DNA of 64,000 nt from assembly GCA_016192455.1 (NCBI GenBank), contig JACPUC010000019.1:186001-250000 (forward strand), in the 5' to 3' direction. The position numbers and the translations under genes were made by a program. The notes beneath the pieces were generated by a model. The model was not told the origin of the DNA, made no database searches, and saw nothing but the letters and a program-made list of their open reading frames with translations. Positions 28,993-40,070 of this stretch are shown here, in pieces (the first letter of the stretch is position 1; the number at the start of each line of letters is the position of its first letter). The DNA is from Candidatus Tectimicrobiota bacterium. Lineage in GTDB: Bacteria; JACPUC01.

Positions 28993-30444
28993 TCAAGCCC
29001 CTTCAATCCCATAGTCGCGCCAGCGCCGGTCGACGAGCCGCCGCACCTCCTCGCTCATGACGATCTCATCCGGCCACTCGCGCGTAAACCCCTCTTCGGG
29101 CAGCTTGCGGGTGCAGTCGATGCCCATCTTGCTGCCATAGTGGGGTTGGCTGGAGGCGTGATTCAAGGCATCCAACGGACCTTTCACGAAGGTGATGTCG
29201 CGCTCCGGCTCGATGGCGTTGCCGAGGCGCCAGAGCACCTCGCTGAGGTCCTGCACGTTCACCTCGGCGTCGAAAACGGCGATGATCTTGGCGAACATCA
29301 TCTGCCCCAGCCCCCAGAGGGCGTGCATGACTTTCTGCGCCTGTCCGGGGTAGCGCTTGCGGATGGAGACGAGGACAAGGTTGTGGAAGATGCCCTCCGC
29401 CGGCAGGTTCATATCGACGATCTCCGGCAGTTGTTTGCGCAGCAGCGGCAGAAAGATGCGCTCCGTGGCCTTGCCGAGGTAGAGGTCCTCCATCGGCGGC
29501 TTGCCGACGATGGTGGTGAGGTAGATGGGGTTGCGGCGCCGTGTCATGCAGGTGACGTGGAAGACGGGGTAGTCGTCGGCCAGGGAGTAGTAGCCGGTAT
29601 GATCGCCGAACGGCCCCTCGCGGCGCAGCTCGCCGGGGTTCACGTAGCCTTCGAGGATGAACTCCGCGTGCGCCGGCACCTCGAGGTTCACGGTCTCGCA
29701 GTGGACGACCTCCACCGGCTTCTTGCGCAGGAAGCCGGCGAATAGCAGCTCATCCACGTCATCGGGAAGCGGCGCGGTGGCGGCGTAGACCACCGCCGGG
29801 TCGCAGCCGATGGCCACCGCCACCTCGAGCGGCTCGCCCCGCTCCCAAGCGAGGTGGAAATGGTGCGCGCCGTGCTTGTGAAGGTGCCAGTGCATGCCGG
29901 TGGTGCGCTCATCGTAGAGGTGCAGGCGGTACATGCCGATGTTGCGCCGCTCGTTCACCGGGTTGCGCGTGAAGACCACCCCCATGGTGATGAAGCGGCC
30001 GCCGTCCTGCGGCCAGCAGTGCAGGATCGGCAGCTCCGTGAGGTCGATGTGCTGGCGCTCAATGACCGCCTTGCAGGGACCGCTGCTGACCTGCTTCGGC
30101 AGGAAGCTCGCCAGCTCCCGCAGCTTCGGCAGCATCTTCAGCTTGTCCATGAAGCTCTTCGGCACCTCCGGATCGAGGAGGAGATTGACCTGCTCGCCGA
30201 TGGCGTCGAGGGAGTCGGTCTCCAAGGCCAGGTGGATATGCTTCCAGGAGCCGAAGGCGTTGATGAGGAGGGGGTAGGAGGAGCCCCGCACGCGCTCGAA
30301 AAGGAGCGCCGGCCCCTGCCGTTTCACCATCCGATCGGCGAGCTCGGTGATCTCGAGGAACGGATCGACCTCCACGCTGATGCGCCGCAGGAGGCCGTGG
30401 CGCTCCAGCGCCGCGATGTAGTCCTGGAGGTCGGTGTAGGCCAT
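28993..30444 (-). CDS. ubiD: Menaquinone-biosynthesis UbiD-family decarboxylase (MqnL-like)
   Basis: WPQDGGRFIT, NIGMYR, EGPFGDHTGYY, VGKPPMED, KRYPGQA, WGLGQM. Confidence 0.92.
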   Translation of the reverse strand: MAYTDLQDYIAALERHGLLRRISVEVDPFLEITELADRMVKRQGPALLFERVRGSSYPLLINAFGSWKHIHLALETDSLDAIGEQVNLLLDPEVPKSFMDKLKMLPKLRELASFLPKQVSSGPCKAVIERQHIDLTELPILHCWPQDGGRFITMGVVFTRNPVNERRNIGMYRLHLYDERTTGMHWHLHKHGAHHFHLAWERGEPLEVAVAIGCDPAVVYAATAPLPDDVDELLFAGFLRKKPVEVVHCETVNLEVPAHAEFILEGYVNPGELRREGPFGDHTGYYSLADDYPVFHVTCMTRRRNPIYLTTIVGKPPMEDLYLGKATERIFLPLLRKQLPEIVDMNLPAEGIFHNLVLVSIRKRYPGQAQKVMHALWGLGQMMFAKIIAVFDAEVNVQDLSEVLWRLGNAIEPERDITFVKGPLDALNHASSQPHYGSKMGIDCTRKLPEEGFTREWPDEIVMSEEVRRLVDRRWRDYGIEGA

Positions 30445-30539
30445 GCCGGTCCTTGTCGCCGCAACCGGTGGTCGGGGGTGCGCCGGGGGTCGCGCGCCGG
30501 CGTCGGCGTTGAGGCCGCCGGGGGATTTCCAGTCGGAGC

Positions 30540-31277
30540 CTAGGGTTTCCGCGCCGTGAAGAGGTTGGCAATGCCGAAGGTGAGCGGCATCACCCGCACC
30601 TGCGCAAACCCTACCGCTTCGATGAGCCGGCGGAAGGCGGGCGTGGGCGGGAACCGCAGCACGGAATCGTGCAGGTAGCGGTACGCGTCACGGTTGCCGG
30701 AGATGAACCCGCCAAGCCGCAGCAGCACGTGGCGCAGGTACCAGCCGTAGAGGCCGCCGAGCACCGGCTCGGTTTCAGAGGCGAACTCCAGGACCGCCAG
30801 CCGCCCGCCGGGCCGCAGGACGCGTCCCATCTCCGCCAGCGCCCCAGCGCGGTCCGCTACGTTGCGGATGCCGAAGGCGATGCACACGGCATCGAACTCT
30901 TCGGCGCGGTAGGGCAAGGCAACGCCGCTGCCGGCCAGCAGTGCCGCCGGGACCCGTCGGCCCGGCTTGCGCAGCTTCCGCCTGGCACGCTCCAGCATGG
31001 CGCCGCTGAGGTCCACGCCGTGCAGCTCCACGCCGGCGCCGCACTGGGCCGCGGCCTCGAGCAGCATGTCGGCCGTGCCGGTGGCCACGTCGAGGAGCCG
31101 CTCCCCAGGGCGGCACTGCAGGCTGGCAATCGCGGCGCGGCGCCAGGCGACGTCGCGGCGCAGGCTCAGGAGGCGGTTCAGCGCATCGTAGCGGGGCGCG
31201 ATGGCGGAGAACATGGCGCCGATGGCGCCTTCCTGGCGCGCTCCCAGCTCCTTCCCGCCAAGCCCTGCCATAGCCAC
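30540..31277 (-). CDS. menG: Demethylmenaquinone methyltransferase
   Basis: MFSAIAPRYDALNRLLS, LDVATGTAD, AFGIRNV, RVLRPGG, AYRYL. Confidence 0.9.
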   Translation of the reverse strand: MAMAGLGGKELGARQEGAIGAMFSAIAPRYDALNRLLSLRRDVAWRRAAIASLQCRPGERLLDVATGTADMLLEAAAQCGAGVELHGVDLSGAMLERARRKLRKPGRRVPAALLAGSGVALPYRAEEFDAVCIAFGIRNVADRAGALAEMGRVLRPGGRLAVLEFASETEPVLGGLYGWYLRHVLLRLGGFISGNRDAYRYLHDSVLRFPPTPAFRRLIEAVGFAQVRVMPLTFGIANLFTARKP

Positions 31278-31329
31278 GCCTCGTCGCCGCCGCCGCGCGG
31301 GCCGCCCCAGAAGCGACGCCCGCCGCGCC

Positions 31330-32121
31330 TCACTCCGCCCGCCCCGCGGGCTCGGCCGAGCGGTTGCGCTCGTAGATCAGGCGCAGCCCGTCGATGGTAA
31401 GGTTTGGGTCAACAATCTGGATCACTTCCGATTCCTCGGCGATGATGCGGGCCAGACCACCCGTGGCGATCACCGTGGTATCGGCGCGCAGCTCCTTCTG
31501 CATGCGGCGCACCAGCTCGTTCACCAAGCCGACGTAGCCGTAAATGAGGCCGGCCTGCATGCTGTGCACGGTGTTCTTGCCGATCACCGAGCGGGGCCGC
31601 AGCAGCTCCACGCGCGGCAGCTTTGAGGCGTGCTCGAAGAGGGCCTCGGTCGAGATCATGATGCCGGGGGCGATAGCGCCGCCGAGGTACTCGCCGCGGG
31701 CGGAGATGGCGTCGAAGGTGGTGGCGGTGCCGAAATCCACGACGATGCAGGGCGGCTCGTATTTGCCCAGGGCGCCGATGGCGTTGGCGATGCGGTCAGC
31801 CCCCACCTCGCGGGGGTTGTCGTAGAGGATCGGCATGCCGGTCTTCACTCCCGGCCCCACGATCAGCGGTTGCACCCCGAAGTACTTCTTCGACATCGCC
31901 TCGAGCACGAAGAGGAGCGGCGGCACCACGCAGGAGATGCAGATGCCGGTCACCAGCTCGAAGGTCAGCGGCGTCAGGCGGAAGAGGTTGCGGATGAGGA
32001 CCCCGTACTCATCCTCGGTAATGTGTTTGCGCGTCTCGATGCGCCAGTCCACCACCCAGGCGCCCTCGTCGCAGACGCCGATGACGGTGTTCGAATTGCC
32101 CACATCGAGCACCAGGAGCAT
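31330..32121 (-). CDS. coaX: Type III pantothenate kinase
   Basis: LDVGNSNT, EVGADR, VDFGTATT, GGAIAPG, ATGG. Confidence 0.95.
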   Translation of the reverse strand: MLLVLDVGNSNTVIGVCDEGAWVVDWRIETRKHITEDEYGVLIRNLFRLTPLTFELVTGICISCVVPPLLFVLEAMSKKYFGVQPLIVGPGVKTGMPILYDNPREVGADRIANAIGALGKYEPPCIVVDFGTATTFDAISARGEYLGGAIAPGIMISTEALFEHASKLPRVELLRPRSVIGKNTVHSMQAGLIYGYVGLVNELVRRMQKELRADTTVIATGGLARIIAEESEVIQIVDPNLTIDGLRLIYERNRSAEPAGRAE

Positions 32122-32137
32122 TGACCCGCCCCCTCCC

Positions 32138-33025
32138 CTACCGGCCTGCCTGGTCGGCGGACAGGCCTCCCCCTCCTGGCCGTGGTGTCGGTCGGCACGC
32201 CGCCGCTGCGGCCTCGCGTGCGGGCGATGTCTCGACATCTCCTGCAACGATGCGCTGCAGCGCCCCGTCCGCCATTTCGAGAAGGAGCGCCCCGCCGGCA
32301 TCGATCTCTCTGGCGATGCCCCTCAGCACCTGGGCTCCGGAGTACACCTCCACCTCCTCGCCGAGCAGGATGGCGCGGCGCTTCCAGGCGGGGACGATGC
32401 CGGCGAGGTCGCCGCCGCGGTAGCGCCGGTACCAGGCATCGAGCCGTCGCAGGCAGGCGCGCAGCACGGCGACGCGGGAGACCTCCCGCCGGCCCTCGGC
32501 GCAGAGCGCGGTGGCCCGCCGCCGCACCTCGGGGGAAAGGTTCGCCGCTCCGCCGCACTCCGGCAGCGTCACGTTGATGCCGAACCCAACCACCACAAAC
32601 CAGCCGCCCTCCGACACCTGCTGCAGCTCGCAGAGAATGCCGCCGAGTTTCCGGCCGCCGAGGATGAGGTCGTTCGGCCACTTCAGCCGCACCGGAAAGT
32701 CGCCGCAGGAGGCGAGAGCCTCGGCGAGCGCCACCCCGGTCATCAGGCTCAGGAGACCCAGGCGCTCCGGTTCCCCTCCCGGCGCCAGCAGCACGGAGCA
32801 GTAGATGCCGCACCCCGGCGGCGAGTACCAGGCGCGGCCGCGGCGTCCCCGCCCGCGCTCCTGCGCCTCCGCGACGAACACCGCCCCCTCCCGCCCGCCG
32901 CGCAGCCCGTGCTGCACCGCCAGGTCGTTCGTCGAGTCCACGCGCTCAAAGAGGTGCAGCTCGCCGCCGATGCAGGCGGTGCCCAGATCGGTCAGGATCG
33001 CTTCGGCTGACCAGGGTTCAATCAT
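32138..33025 (-). CDS. birA: Biotin--[acetyl-CoA carboxylase] ligase
   Basis: DSTN, QERGRGRRGRAW, KWPND, KLGGILCE, GFGINV. Confidence 0.93.
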   Translation of the reverse strand: MIEPWSAEAILTDLGTACIGGELHLFERVDSTNDLAVQHGLRGGREGAVFVAEAQERGRGRRGRAWYSPPGCGIYCSVLLAPGGEPERLGLLSLMTGVALAEALASCGDFPVRLKWPNDLILGGRKLGGILCELQQVSEGGWFVVVGFGINVTLPECGGAANLSPEVRRRATALCAEGRREVSRVAVLRACLRRLDAWYRRYRGGDLAGIVPAWKRRAILLGEEVEVYSGAQVLRGIAREIDAGGALLLEMADGALQRIVAGDVETSPAREAAAAACRPTPRPGGGGLSADQAGR

Positions 33026-33090
33026 CCCGGCGTCGCGCCCCGCAGCATCATTGCCACCCCTCGCTTCTTGTTTCCATCAGAAGGAGGAAG

Positions 33091-33182
33091 GCGAGGGAGC
33101 CGCGCCCCCTTGCGCACCCCACTTACGCGAGCTGCTTCGCAGCTCGCGCGAAAAGGGGGCGTGGGGGACAAGGTTCCCCCAC
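33091..33182 (+). repeat. Dispersed three-hairpin intergenic element, copy 2
   Basis: GCGAGGGAGCCGCGCCCCCTTGC-GCACCCC-..CGCGAGCTGCTTCGCAGCTCGCG..GGGGGC-GTGGGGGACAAGGTTCCCCCAC. Confidence 0.8.
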
Positions 33183-33238
33183 CACAACCCCGCCCGACAG
33201 CTCATCAAAGTTGTCGCTGAACTTGGGAGGCCCGCTCC

Positions 33239-35944
33239 CTATCCCTTTGAAAGCTGCTCCGGCAGCAGTTCCGCGAGGTTCTTGGCAAGCTTCGTCTGCT
33301 GGGCGGCGAGGACGTCGCGGCGGGCCTCGTTCTTTTCGATGATCTCCGCTGGCGCCTTGCTGATGAACTCCTGGTTGGCGAGCTTGCGATCAAGCTGTGC
33401 GATCTCTTGGTCTACCTTCCGCAGCTCCTTTTGTAGGCGCGCCGCCTCCTCTTCGATGTTGATGAGACCCTCGAAGGGGACGAAGGCCTCGACCCGGCCG
33501 ACCACTGCCGTGCCGCAGGTACCGGGGCGCGGCAGGTGCTCTCCAAGGTCGAGAGTCTCGATGCGCGCCAGGGTCTTGATGGGCTCCGCCGCGCGCCGCA
33601 AGGCAGCGAGGCCGCCCGGCGTGTCGCAGGAGATCACCACCCGCGGCAGCACCAGCGCCGGCTTCACGTTGAACTCGCTGCGCACGTTGCGAATGCCGCT
33701 GATGACCCCCATCAGCAGCTCCATCTCTGCCTCCGCCTCGCCGTCGAGCCAGCGCTCCTCGGATGTAGGGAACGGCGCCAGGCTGACGCTGTCGCCGGTG
33801 TGCGGCGTCTGCTGCCAGAGCTCCTCGGAGATGAAGGGCATGAAGGGGTGCAGAAGGCGCAGGCTGGTCTCCAGGACGTGCGCCAGGACGGCCTGGGCGG
33901 TCTGCTTGGCGGCGGCATTCTCGCCGTTCAGGCGCGGCTTCACCAGCTCGATGTACCAGTCGCAGAACTCGTGCCAGAAGAACTGGTAGATGCCCGCCGC
34001 GGCGTCGTTGAACTTGTACTCCTCGAGGCCCGTCTGCACCACACCGATGAGGCGGTTCAGGCGGCTGAGAATCCAGCGGTCGCTGACCTCGAGGGCGGCG
34101 CGATCAAGGCCGGTGAGGAGGTCCCCCTGCCCTACGGCCTGCCCGCCGCCGTCGCCGGACGGGTCGTCCTCGATGGCCCGCAGCACGAAGCGCGCCGCGT
34201 TCCAGATCTTGTTGGCGAAGTGGCGGTAGCCCTCGATGCGCTCCTCGCTCAGCTTCACGTCGCGCCCCTGCGCCGCCAGGATCGCCAGGGTGAAGCGGAA
34301 GGCGTCGGCGCCGTACTTGTCGATGATGACCAGCGGGTCGATGACGTTGCCCTTCGACTTGCTCATCTTCTGCCCTTCCAGGTCGCGCACCAGGGCATGG
34401 ATGTAGACGTCGCGGAAGGGGACGTCGCCCATGAACTTCAGCCCCATCATCGCCATGCGCGCCACCCAGAAGAAGAGGATGTCGAAGGCGGTGACGAGTA
34501 CCGTGGTGGGGTAGAACTTCTTCAGTTCCGGCGTCTGCTCCGGCCAGCCCATGGTGGAGAAGGGCCAGAGCGCCGAGCTGAACCAGGTGTCGAGCACGTC
34601 CTCGTCCTGGATCAGCTCCTCGCCGCCGCAGGCGCAGCGCTGCGGGGTCTCCAGGGCCACCGTCACCGTGCCGCAGGCCTGGCAGGTCCAGGCCGGAATC
34701 TGGTGGCCCCACCAGATTTGCCGCGAGATGCACCAGTCGCGGATGTTGCGCATCCACTCGAAGTAGGTCGCCGCCCAAGTGGCCGGAACGATGCGGATGC
34801 GGCCCTCCTCGACCGCCTTGATCGCCTCCGCCGCCAGCCCCTTGGTGCGCACGAACCACTGCAGGGAGACGCGCGGCTCAACCACCGTGCGGCAGCGGTA
34901 GCAGTGCCCCACGGCGTGGCGGTAGTCCTCCTCGCGCACCAGGTAGCCCTGGGCGCGCAGGTCCTCGACGGCCCGTTTGCGGCAGGCGAAGCGGTCCATC
35001 CCCGCGTAAGGACCGGCGGCGTCAGTCATCATGCCGCGCGCGTCGATCGCCACCACCTGCTCGAGCCGGTGCCGCACGCCGATCTCGAAGTCATTCGGAT
35101 CGTGAGCCGGGGTGATCTTCAGCGCGCCGGTGCCGAACTCGCGGTTGACGTAGGCATCGTGGATGACCGGGATTGAGCGCTCCGTGAGGGGGAGATGCAC
35201 GCTGCGACCCATCCAGCCTGCGTAGCGCGTATCCTCCGGGTGCACCGCCACGGCCGTATCGCCGAACATCGTTTCAGGCCGCGTCGTGGCCACGATGATG
35301 CCATTTTGAGCCGCCTCGCCGCCGGGGTAGCAGACGTGGTAGAGCTTGCCGATGGTCTCCTCGTACTCGACCTCGAGGTCGGAAAGCGCCGTCTGGCAGC
35401 GCGGGCACCAGTTGACGATGTAGAGGTCGCGGTAGATCAGCCCCTCCTCGTAGAGGCGCACGAACACCTGCCGCACCGCCCGCGACAGCCCCTCGTCCAT
35501 GGTGAAGCGCTCGCGCTCCCAGTCGCACGAGGCTCCCAGCTTCTTGAGCTGCTGGATGATGACGCCGCCCGACTCCTCCCGCCAGCGCCAGACGCGCCGC
35601 ACAAACGCCTCGCGCCCCAGCTCGTGGCGGCTGGCGCCCTCCGCCGCGAGCTGCCGCTCCACCACGTTCTGGGTGGCGATGCCGGCATGGTCGGTGCCGG
35701 GCACCCAGAGCACCTCGCGGCCGCGCATGCGCTGCCAGCGGCAGAGGATATCCTGCAGGGTGTTGTTGAGGGCATGCCCCATGTGGAGCGAGCCGGTGAC
35801 GTTCGGCGGCGGGATGACGATGGCGTAGGCCGGTCGGAAGCTGCCTGCGTCGGCGTGGAAGTAGCCCTGCTTGAGCCAGAAGGCGTACCAGCGCTCCTCG
35901 ACGTCCCGCGGCTCGTAGTGGGGCGACAACTGGAACCCCTGCAC
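33239..35944 (-). CDS. valS: Valine--tRNA ligase
   Basis: [34 protein letters not shown]-terminal coiled coil; GTG start inferred. Confidence 0.97.
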   Translation of the reverse strand: MQGFQLSPHYEPRDVEERWYAFWLKQGYFHADAGSFRPAYAIVIPPPNVTGSLHMGHALNNTLQDILCRWQRMRGREVLWVPGTDHAGIATQNVVERQLAAEGASRHELGREAFVRRVWRWREESGGVIIQQLKKLGASCDWERERFTMDEGLSRAVRQVFVRLYEEGLIYRDLYIVNWCPRCQTALSDLEVEYEETIGKLYHVCYPGGEAAQNGIIVATTRPETMFGDTAVAVHPEDTRYAGWMGRSVHLPLTERSIPVIHDAYVNREFGTGALKITPAHDPNDFEIGVRHRLEQVVAIDARGMMTDAAGPYAGMDRFACRKRAVEDLRAQGYLVREEDYRHAVGHCYRCRTVVEPRVSLQWFVRTKGLAAEAIKAVEEGRIRIVPATWAATYFEWMRNIRDWCISRQIWWGHQIPAWTCQACGTVTVALETPQRCACGGEELIQDEDVLDTWFSSALWPFSTMGWPEQTPELKKFYPTTVLVTAFDILFFWVARMAMMGLKFMGDVPFRDVYIHALVRDLEGQKMSKSKGNVIDPLVIIDKYGADAFRFTLAILAAQGRDVKLSEERIEGYRHFANKIWNAARFVLRAIEDDPSGDGGGQAVGQGDLLTGLDRAALEVSDRWILSRLNRLIGVVQTGLEEYKFNDAAAGIYQFFWHEFCDWYIELVKPRLNGENAAAKQTAQAVLAHVLETSLRLLHPFMPFISEELWQQTPHTGDSVSLAPFPTSEERWLDGEAEAEMELLMGVISGIRNVRSEFNVKPALVLPRVVISCDTPGGLAALRRAAEPIKTLARIETLDLGEHLPRPGTCGTAVVGRVEAFVPFEGLINIEEEAARLQKELRKVDQEIAQLDRKLANQEFISKAPAEIIEKNEARRDVLAAQQTKLAKNLAELLPEQLSKG

Positions 35945-35948
35945 CGTC

Positions 35949-37478
35949 TCAGCTCCCCTCTTCTCTCGCGGCGGCTTGCTTGATGGCCTCGATCTCCCGG
36001 CGGACGAGCCGTTCGGCAATGGCCGTGACAATCTCCGGCACGACCCGCTCGAGCACGTCGGAGGCGACCCGCGCGGCGATCTCCGTGACAACCCGCGTGG
36101 CGATCTCCGGCACGAGTCGCTCAGCCGCATCGGCGACGAGGCGTTCGGCAAGCCTCTGCAAGGAGGAGCAGAGAGTCTCGGCGAGGTGCGGCGCCAGCTC
36201 CTGCAGCCCGGCACGCAAGCTCGTTTCGATCAGCTCGCGCGGCAAGGCCGCCGCCTCAGCCGCTTCCCGCTTCACAGCAGGCGAGGCGCTCCGAGCCGCG
36301 GCGCGGGCCAACCCTGGTGGCGCGGCCGGCGGCCCGAGGGGAACGTCTCCTGTCACCACGGCTAATCCGCTTCGTCCCGCGTCGGACGGAGATCTGGAGG
36401 GTTGGGCGGCGGGGGGCGCCTCGGGAGGCGTCCGGCTTGCGGGCGCCGCCTCTCCCCGGCGCGCGGGTGAAGCCGCAAGCGGCTCGGCAGGCGCGGCAGC
36501 CCCGCCGGCGCGAGCTAGTGCCGCTTGACCTGCCGGTGTCTGACTCGGGGGCGGAGCCACGCTCCTGCTTGGGAGCGGCGCGGCGGCGCGTTCGGCTTCG
36601 CGCCCGCCCAACGGCGCGGCAGGCGATTCCCTTGCCGGGGTTCCAGCCCGCCCCACGAACTGACGCGCCACCCCAGCGTCCGGCGGTTTCGGGGAAGTGC
36701 CGGCGCGCCGCTCTGCGGCAGCCGCTTCGCTCCGCGCTCGAGGCCCAGCCGGCGGCGAGGGTTGTTGGCTTGCGCCGGGCTCCGGGGCAGCGGCCGGCTG
36801 GCCCCTTGGCCGCACTTCTGGTTGACCCTCCCGCTGCCCCCTCGCGGGTGGCCGGGCCTGTCCCACCGGCGCCCGCAGCGGCTCCGTCCTCCTCTCCTCT
36901 ACCTGCGGGGCCGAGCCTGTCGTGGCGGCCTCGATCTCACCGCTCACCAGGGCTTCGACGTCGGCCTCCGAGATGCTGCGCCGCGGCACGCGCGCGCGGG
37001 CGCGCACCTCATCTTCCGGGCTGCTGATCTCCTCGAGCTCCGGCGAGGCCCGCAGGTCCTCGGCGCCCCGGCGTGGCCGCGCCTGCGCCTCCGCGGCCTC
37101 CTCCGCGCGCCGCTCCTCGAGGAGGTGCGTCACCAGCTCGCGCAGCTCCGCCGCATCGAACGGTTTCGACAGGATGGTGTCGGCGCAGGCGAGCAACCTG
37201 CGCTGCTCCTCATCGTTGGTGAACTTGCCGACCAAGAGGATGATGGGGATGGCGTGGTGATCGGGATCGTTCTTCAAGTGATCGCAGAATGTCCGCGAGT
37301 CGATCTGTTCGTTCGTCGTATCGGCGATGATCAGGTCGGGGTTGCGCTGCTGGAGCTGGAACGCTGCCTCCTGGAGATTGTTCGCCTTGAGCACGAGGTA
37401 GCGCGGATCGGCAAAGGTAAGCTCCACGACCTTCTGGATTGTGACGCTGTTATCAATGAGGAGGAGTTGAATCGCCAT
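35949..37478 (-). CDS. romR: RomR-like response regulator (receiver, Pro/Ala linker, helical C-terminus)
   Basis: [17 protein letters not shown] receiver, long low-complexity linker, [21 protein letters not shown] tail; directly upstream of valS. Confidence 0.75.
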   Translation of the reverse strand: MAIQLLLIDNSVTIQKVVELTFADPRYLVLKANNLQEAAFQLQQRNPDLIIADTTNEQIDSRTFCDHLKNDPDHHAIPIILLVGKFTNDEEQRRLLACADTILSKPFDAAELRELVTHLLEERRAEEAAEAQARPRRGAEDLRASPELEEISSPEDEVRARARVPRRSISEADVEALVSGEIEAATTGSAPQVEERRTEPLRAPVGQARPPARGQREGQPEVRPRGQPAAAPEPGASQQPSPPAGPRARSEAAAAERRAGTSPKPPDAGVARQFVGRAGTPARESPAAPLGGREAERAAAPLPSRSVAPPPSQTPAGQAALARAGGAAAPAEPLAASPARRGEAAPASRTPPEAPPAAQPSRSPSDAGRSGLAVVTGDVPLGPPAAPPGLARAAARSASPAVKREAAEAAALPRELIETSLRAGLQELAPHLAETLCSSLQRLAERLVADAAERLVPEIATRVVTEIAARVASDVLERVVPEIVTAIAERLVRREIEAIKQAAAREEGS

Positions 37479-37697
37479 CCGACGGGTACATCTGAGTGAA
37501 AGTTATGGTGAGAACGAGGGCCCGCCTTCCCGACAGCGGGCTGCACCACCACAGGAGAGATCGAAGAGGCAAGAATTCGCGTGATCAACTCACACGCAGG
37601 GGACACCGCCTCCGCCGCCTCGGGAAAGAAAAATAGCGGCGCGGCGCCATTGCCGCTCCTGGCGGCCTCGGCGCCTGAGGCGCGAGGCGGGCGACTT

Positions 37698-38444
37698 TCA
37701 CGCGCCCCGCCTTTCCCTACCCGATGCCGCGTTCGAGTCCGTGCCGGCGACAACAGTCCGTGCCAATGACTCTTCAGCCCTGCTGACAAACTGGGCCTTG
37801 TTTCCCAACCCACCTTTGGGAGTGACGATACCGCCGGAAATGATCAGCTTGATCCCCTCCTCCACCGTCATCGAAAGCGGCACCACCTCACTCTTGGGAA
37901 CAAGAACGAGCCACCCGGAGGTAGGATTTGGCGTCGTGGGCAAAAGGACATGGACCATGTAGTCTTCCGTTTTGTCCTGGACCTCGTCACCTCCTTCCCA
38001 GGTGAGGAACCCCAGCGTCCACACTCCCCGGCGGGGGTACTCGATCATCACCACCTGGCGGATCGTGGTCCGATCGCTCATCGTGATCGCTACCAGGAAC
38101 TGCTTCGCCGCCAGGTAGGTGCCGCGGATGTAGGGGATGCGGTGCACGATGGATTCGCCTAGCGTGACGATCTTGCGGCCAAAGTAACTCGTGGTGAACA
38201 GTCCGATGAAGAAAACGATGAAGAAGGTGGCGATGATCCCAACGCCTGGGATGGAGATACCCTTCGCCCACGGGAACCCGTTCATCGCCAGGTAGGTCAG
38301 GCCTTGCTTTACGTAGGGAGCGAGGAGGTTGTCGAGGCGCCCGAAGAGAAAGGCGAAAACCCAGACGGTGAACGTCGCCGGCAGCGTCACCAGCAGGCCA
38401 GCCAGGAAGATTCTTCGGACCTTGGCGCGGAAGTTTTTGGTCAT
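37698..38444 (-). CDS. DUF502 membrane protein
   Basis: FLAGLLVTLP, EYPRRG, PTTPNPTSGW, EEGIKLIISGG. Confidence 0.88.
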   Translation of the reverse strand: MTKNFRAKVRRIFLAGLLVTLPATFTVWVFAFLFGRLDNLLAPYVKQGLTYLAMNGFPWAKGISIPGVGIIATFFIVFFIGLFTTSYFGRKIVTLGESIVHRIPYIRGTYLAAKQFLVAITMSDRTTIRQVVMIEYPRRGVWTLGFLTWEGGDEVQDKTEDYMVHVLLPTTPNPTSGWLVLVPKSEVVPLSMTVEEGIKLIISGGIVTPKGGLGNKAQFVSRAEESLARTVVAGTDSNAASGRERRGA

Positions 38445-38818
38445 GGCACGCGCAGCGCGACCTCGTGGGCTTCCACGCCCGCCCTTGCAGGCGCCGGAGC
38501 CCATGATTCACCGCAACTCATCGTTTCTCTAGGGTCAGGAGATGCGCAACCCCTCATGAGTGCAAGCACGCACCCTTCTCTCCTGCGAGCGCTCCTCGCT
38601 GAGCCGCCGCGCCCCGCTTGCGCCGCGCTTGGCTGCGAGCTCAGCGCCGGCGCACCCATGCCCGCCACGACCTCCACCCACCGCGAGGGGGCAGAGCAGG
38701 CGCCGCGGCCGCCGCTGGAGCGTTCCTTGCCTCTGCACCGCCTCGGAGTCGTTGCGCGCACCCGACGGAGCCTCGGCGATGTCATAGTATACCGGCGCAG
38801 CCCGTGTCACAAGGGTTT

Positions 38819-39256
38819 TTACGCGCCGCGACCGCGTTGCGCCCGGCGGAAGTCCAGATAACTCTGCAGCAGGAGCTGAGCGGCGAGCTGATCAACCCGT
38901 TCCTTGTGCTTGCCGGTTTTCACCCCCTGTTCAACCATCGCCCGCTTCGCCGCCACCGAGGTGAGGCGTTCATCCCAGGACGTCATCGGCAGGTGGCATG
39001 CCGCCGCTAGGTGCCGCTGGAACTCCTGGACTTTGCGAGCCTGGGGTCCCAGACTTCCGTCCATGTTGCGCGGCAAGCCGACAACGATCTCCGTGACCTC
39101 ATAGCTCGCAATCAGCTCGCACAACCGCCGCAGGTCATCCTGCAAGCGGCTCCGCAGCAAGGTGGAGAGCTGCTGGGCCGTCATCCCGAGCGGATCACTG
39201 ACGGAGACGCCGATGCGTCGCTCGCCTACATCAAGAGCAAGAATCCTCTCAGGCAT
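38819..39256 (-). CDS. ruvX: YqgF/RuvX nuclease (pre-16S rRNA processing)
   Basis: ILALDVGERRIGVSVSD, VVGLP, DERLTS, VDQLAAQLLLQSYL. Confidence 0.93.
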   Translation of the reverse strand: MPERILALDVGERRIGVSVSDPLGMTAQQLSTLLRSRLQDDLRRLCELIASYEVTEIVVGLPRNMDGSLGPQARKVQEFQRHLAAACHLPMTSWDERLTSVAAKRAMVEQGVKTGKHKERVDQLAAQLLLQSYLDFRRAQRGRGA

Positions 39257-39612
39257 GGTGACCTCACCGCGCTCCGGCCCCACGGTTAGTGTGCACAGGG
39301 AACGTACCACCTCCAGCAGCAAATTGACGCCGCTGAAGGTCTTATGCTACCGTGCTTTTCTGCTTCCTCTTCACCCCGAGCGTCAGCCTGGTTGCTCTCA
39401 TAGGTTGAAGTTGCGTACTGCCTTGGCGAGGGGCGCGGCCGGCTTGCGGTTTCCAAGGAACTCTCCCGGCCTGCCAGAGAATGAGCGTGATCGGGGTGCG
39501 GGCTGGGGTGCGCGAGCCGGTGCGAGGAGGGGGGGTGAACCATAGTACCTGCTCTTCGACCGTGTAATGAGTGGTGATGAGGATGGCGCTGCGTGGAGGA
39601 GGGAGATAGTCC

Positions 39613-39819
39613 ATGCCGATCGTGAAGATCATCGAGCTGGTTGGAGAGTCCCCAAACGGTTGGGAAGAGGCGATGAAGAATATCATCAAAGAGGCGCAAA
39701 AAACGCTCCGCGGCATCACCCGCATTGGCGCCAAAGAGTTTGACGTGCGCATGGTGGACGACAAGCTCGAGGTGTTTCGCGTTCGGGCGGAGGTCTCCTT
39801 CAGGCTCGAGCGCGACTGA
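39613..39819 (+). CDS. Dodecin (flavin-binding)
   Basis: KIIELVGESPNGWEEA..EAQKTLRGI..FRVRAEVSF, 68 aa, strong RBS. Confidence 0.92.
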   Translation: MPIVKIIELVGESPNGWEEAMKNIIKEAQKTLRGITRIGAKEFDVRMVDDKLEVFRVRAEVSFRLERD

Positions 39820-40070
39820 GCCCTTACCTGTCGTCGCGTCTCTGCCGCCGGGAGGTACGCCGCACCAAGAAGCATGGCGCGGTCCTCCTGCGCTCGCGTG
39901 TGGCGCCGCGCGTCCAGACGCGCCAGGCTCTGCCCGAATCAGCAGCCGCGCCTGCGTTCGCAGCGTAGCCGGTTTTCTTGTTGCCTGTCATCAGCCGCGT
40001 GACGACCAGGCCGCGGGTCTCGCGCAAGGGGCCGCAGTTTTCGACAGCGGCCCGACCCTCGGAGGCGCCC

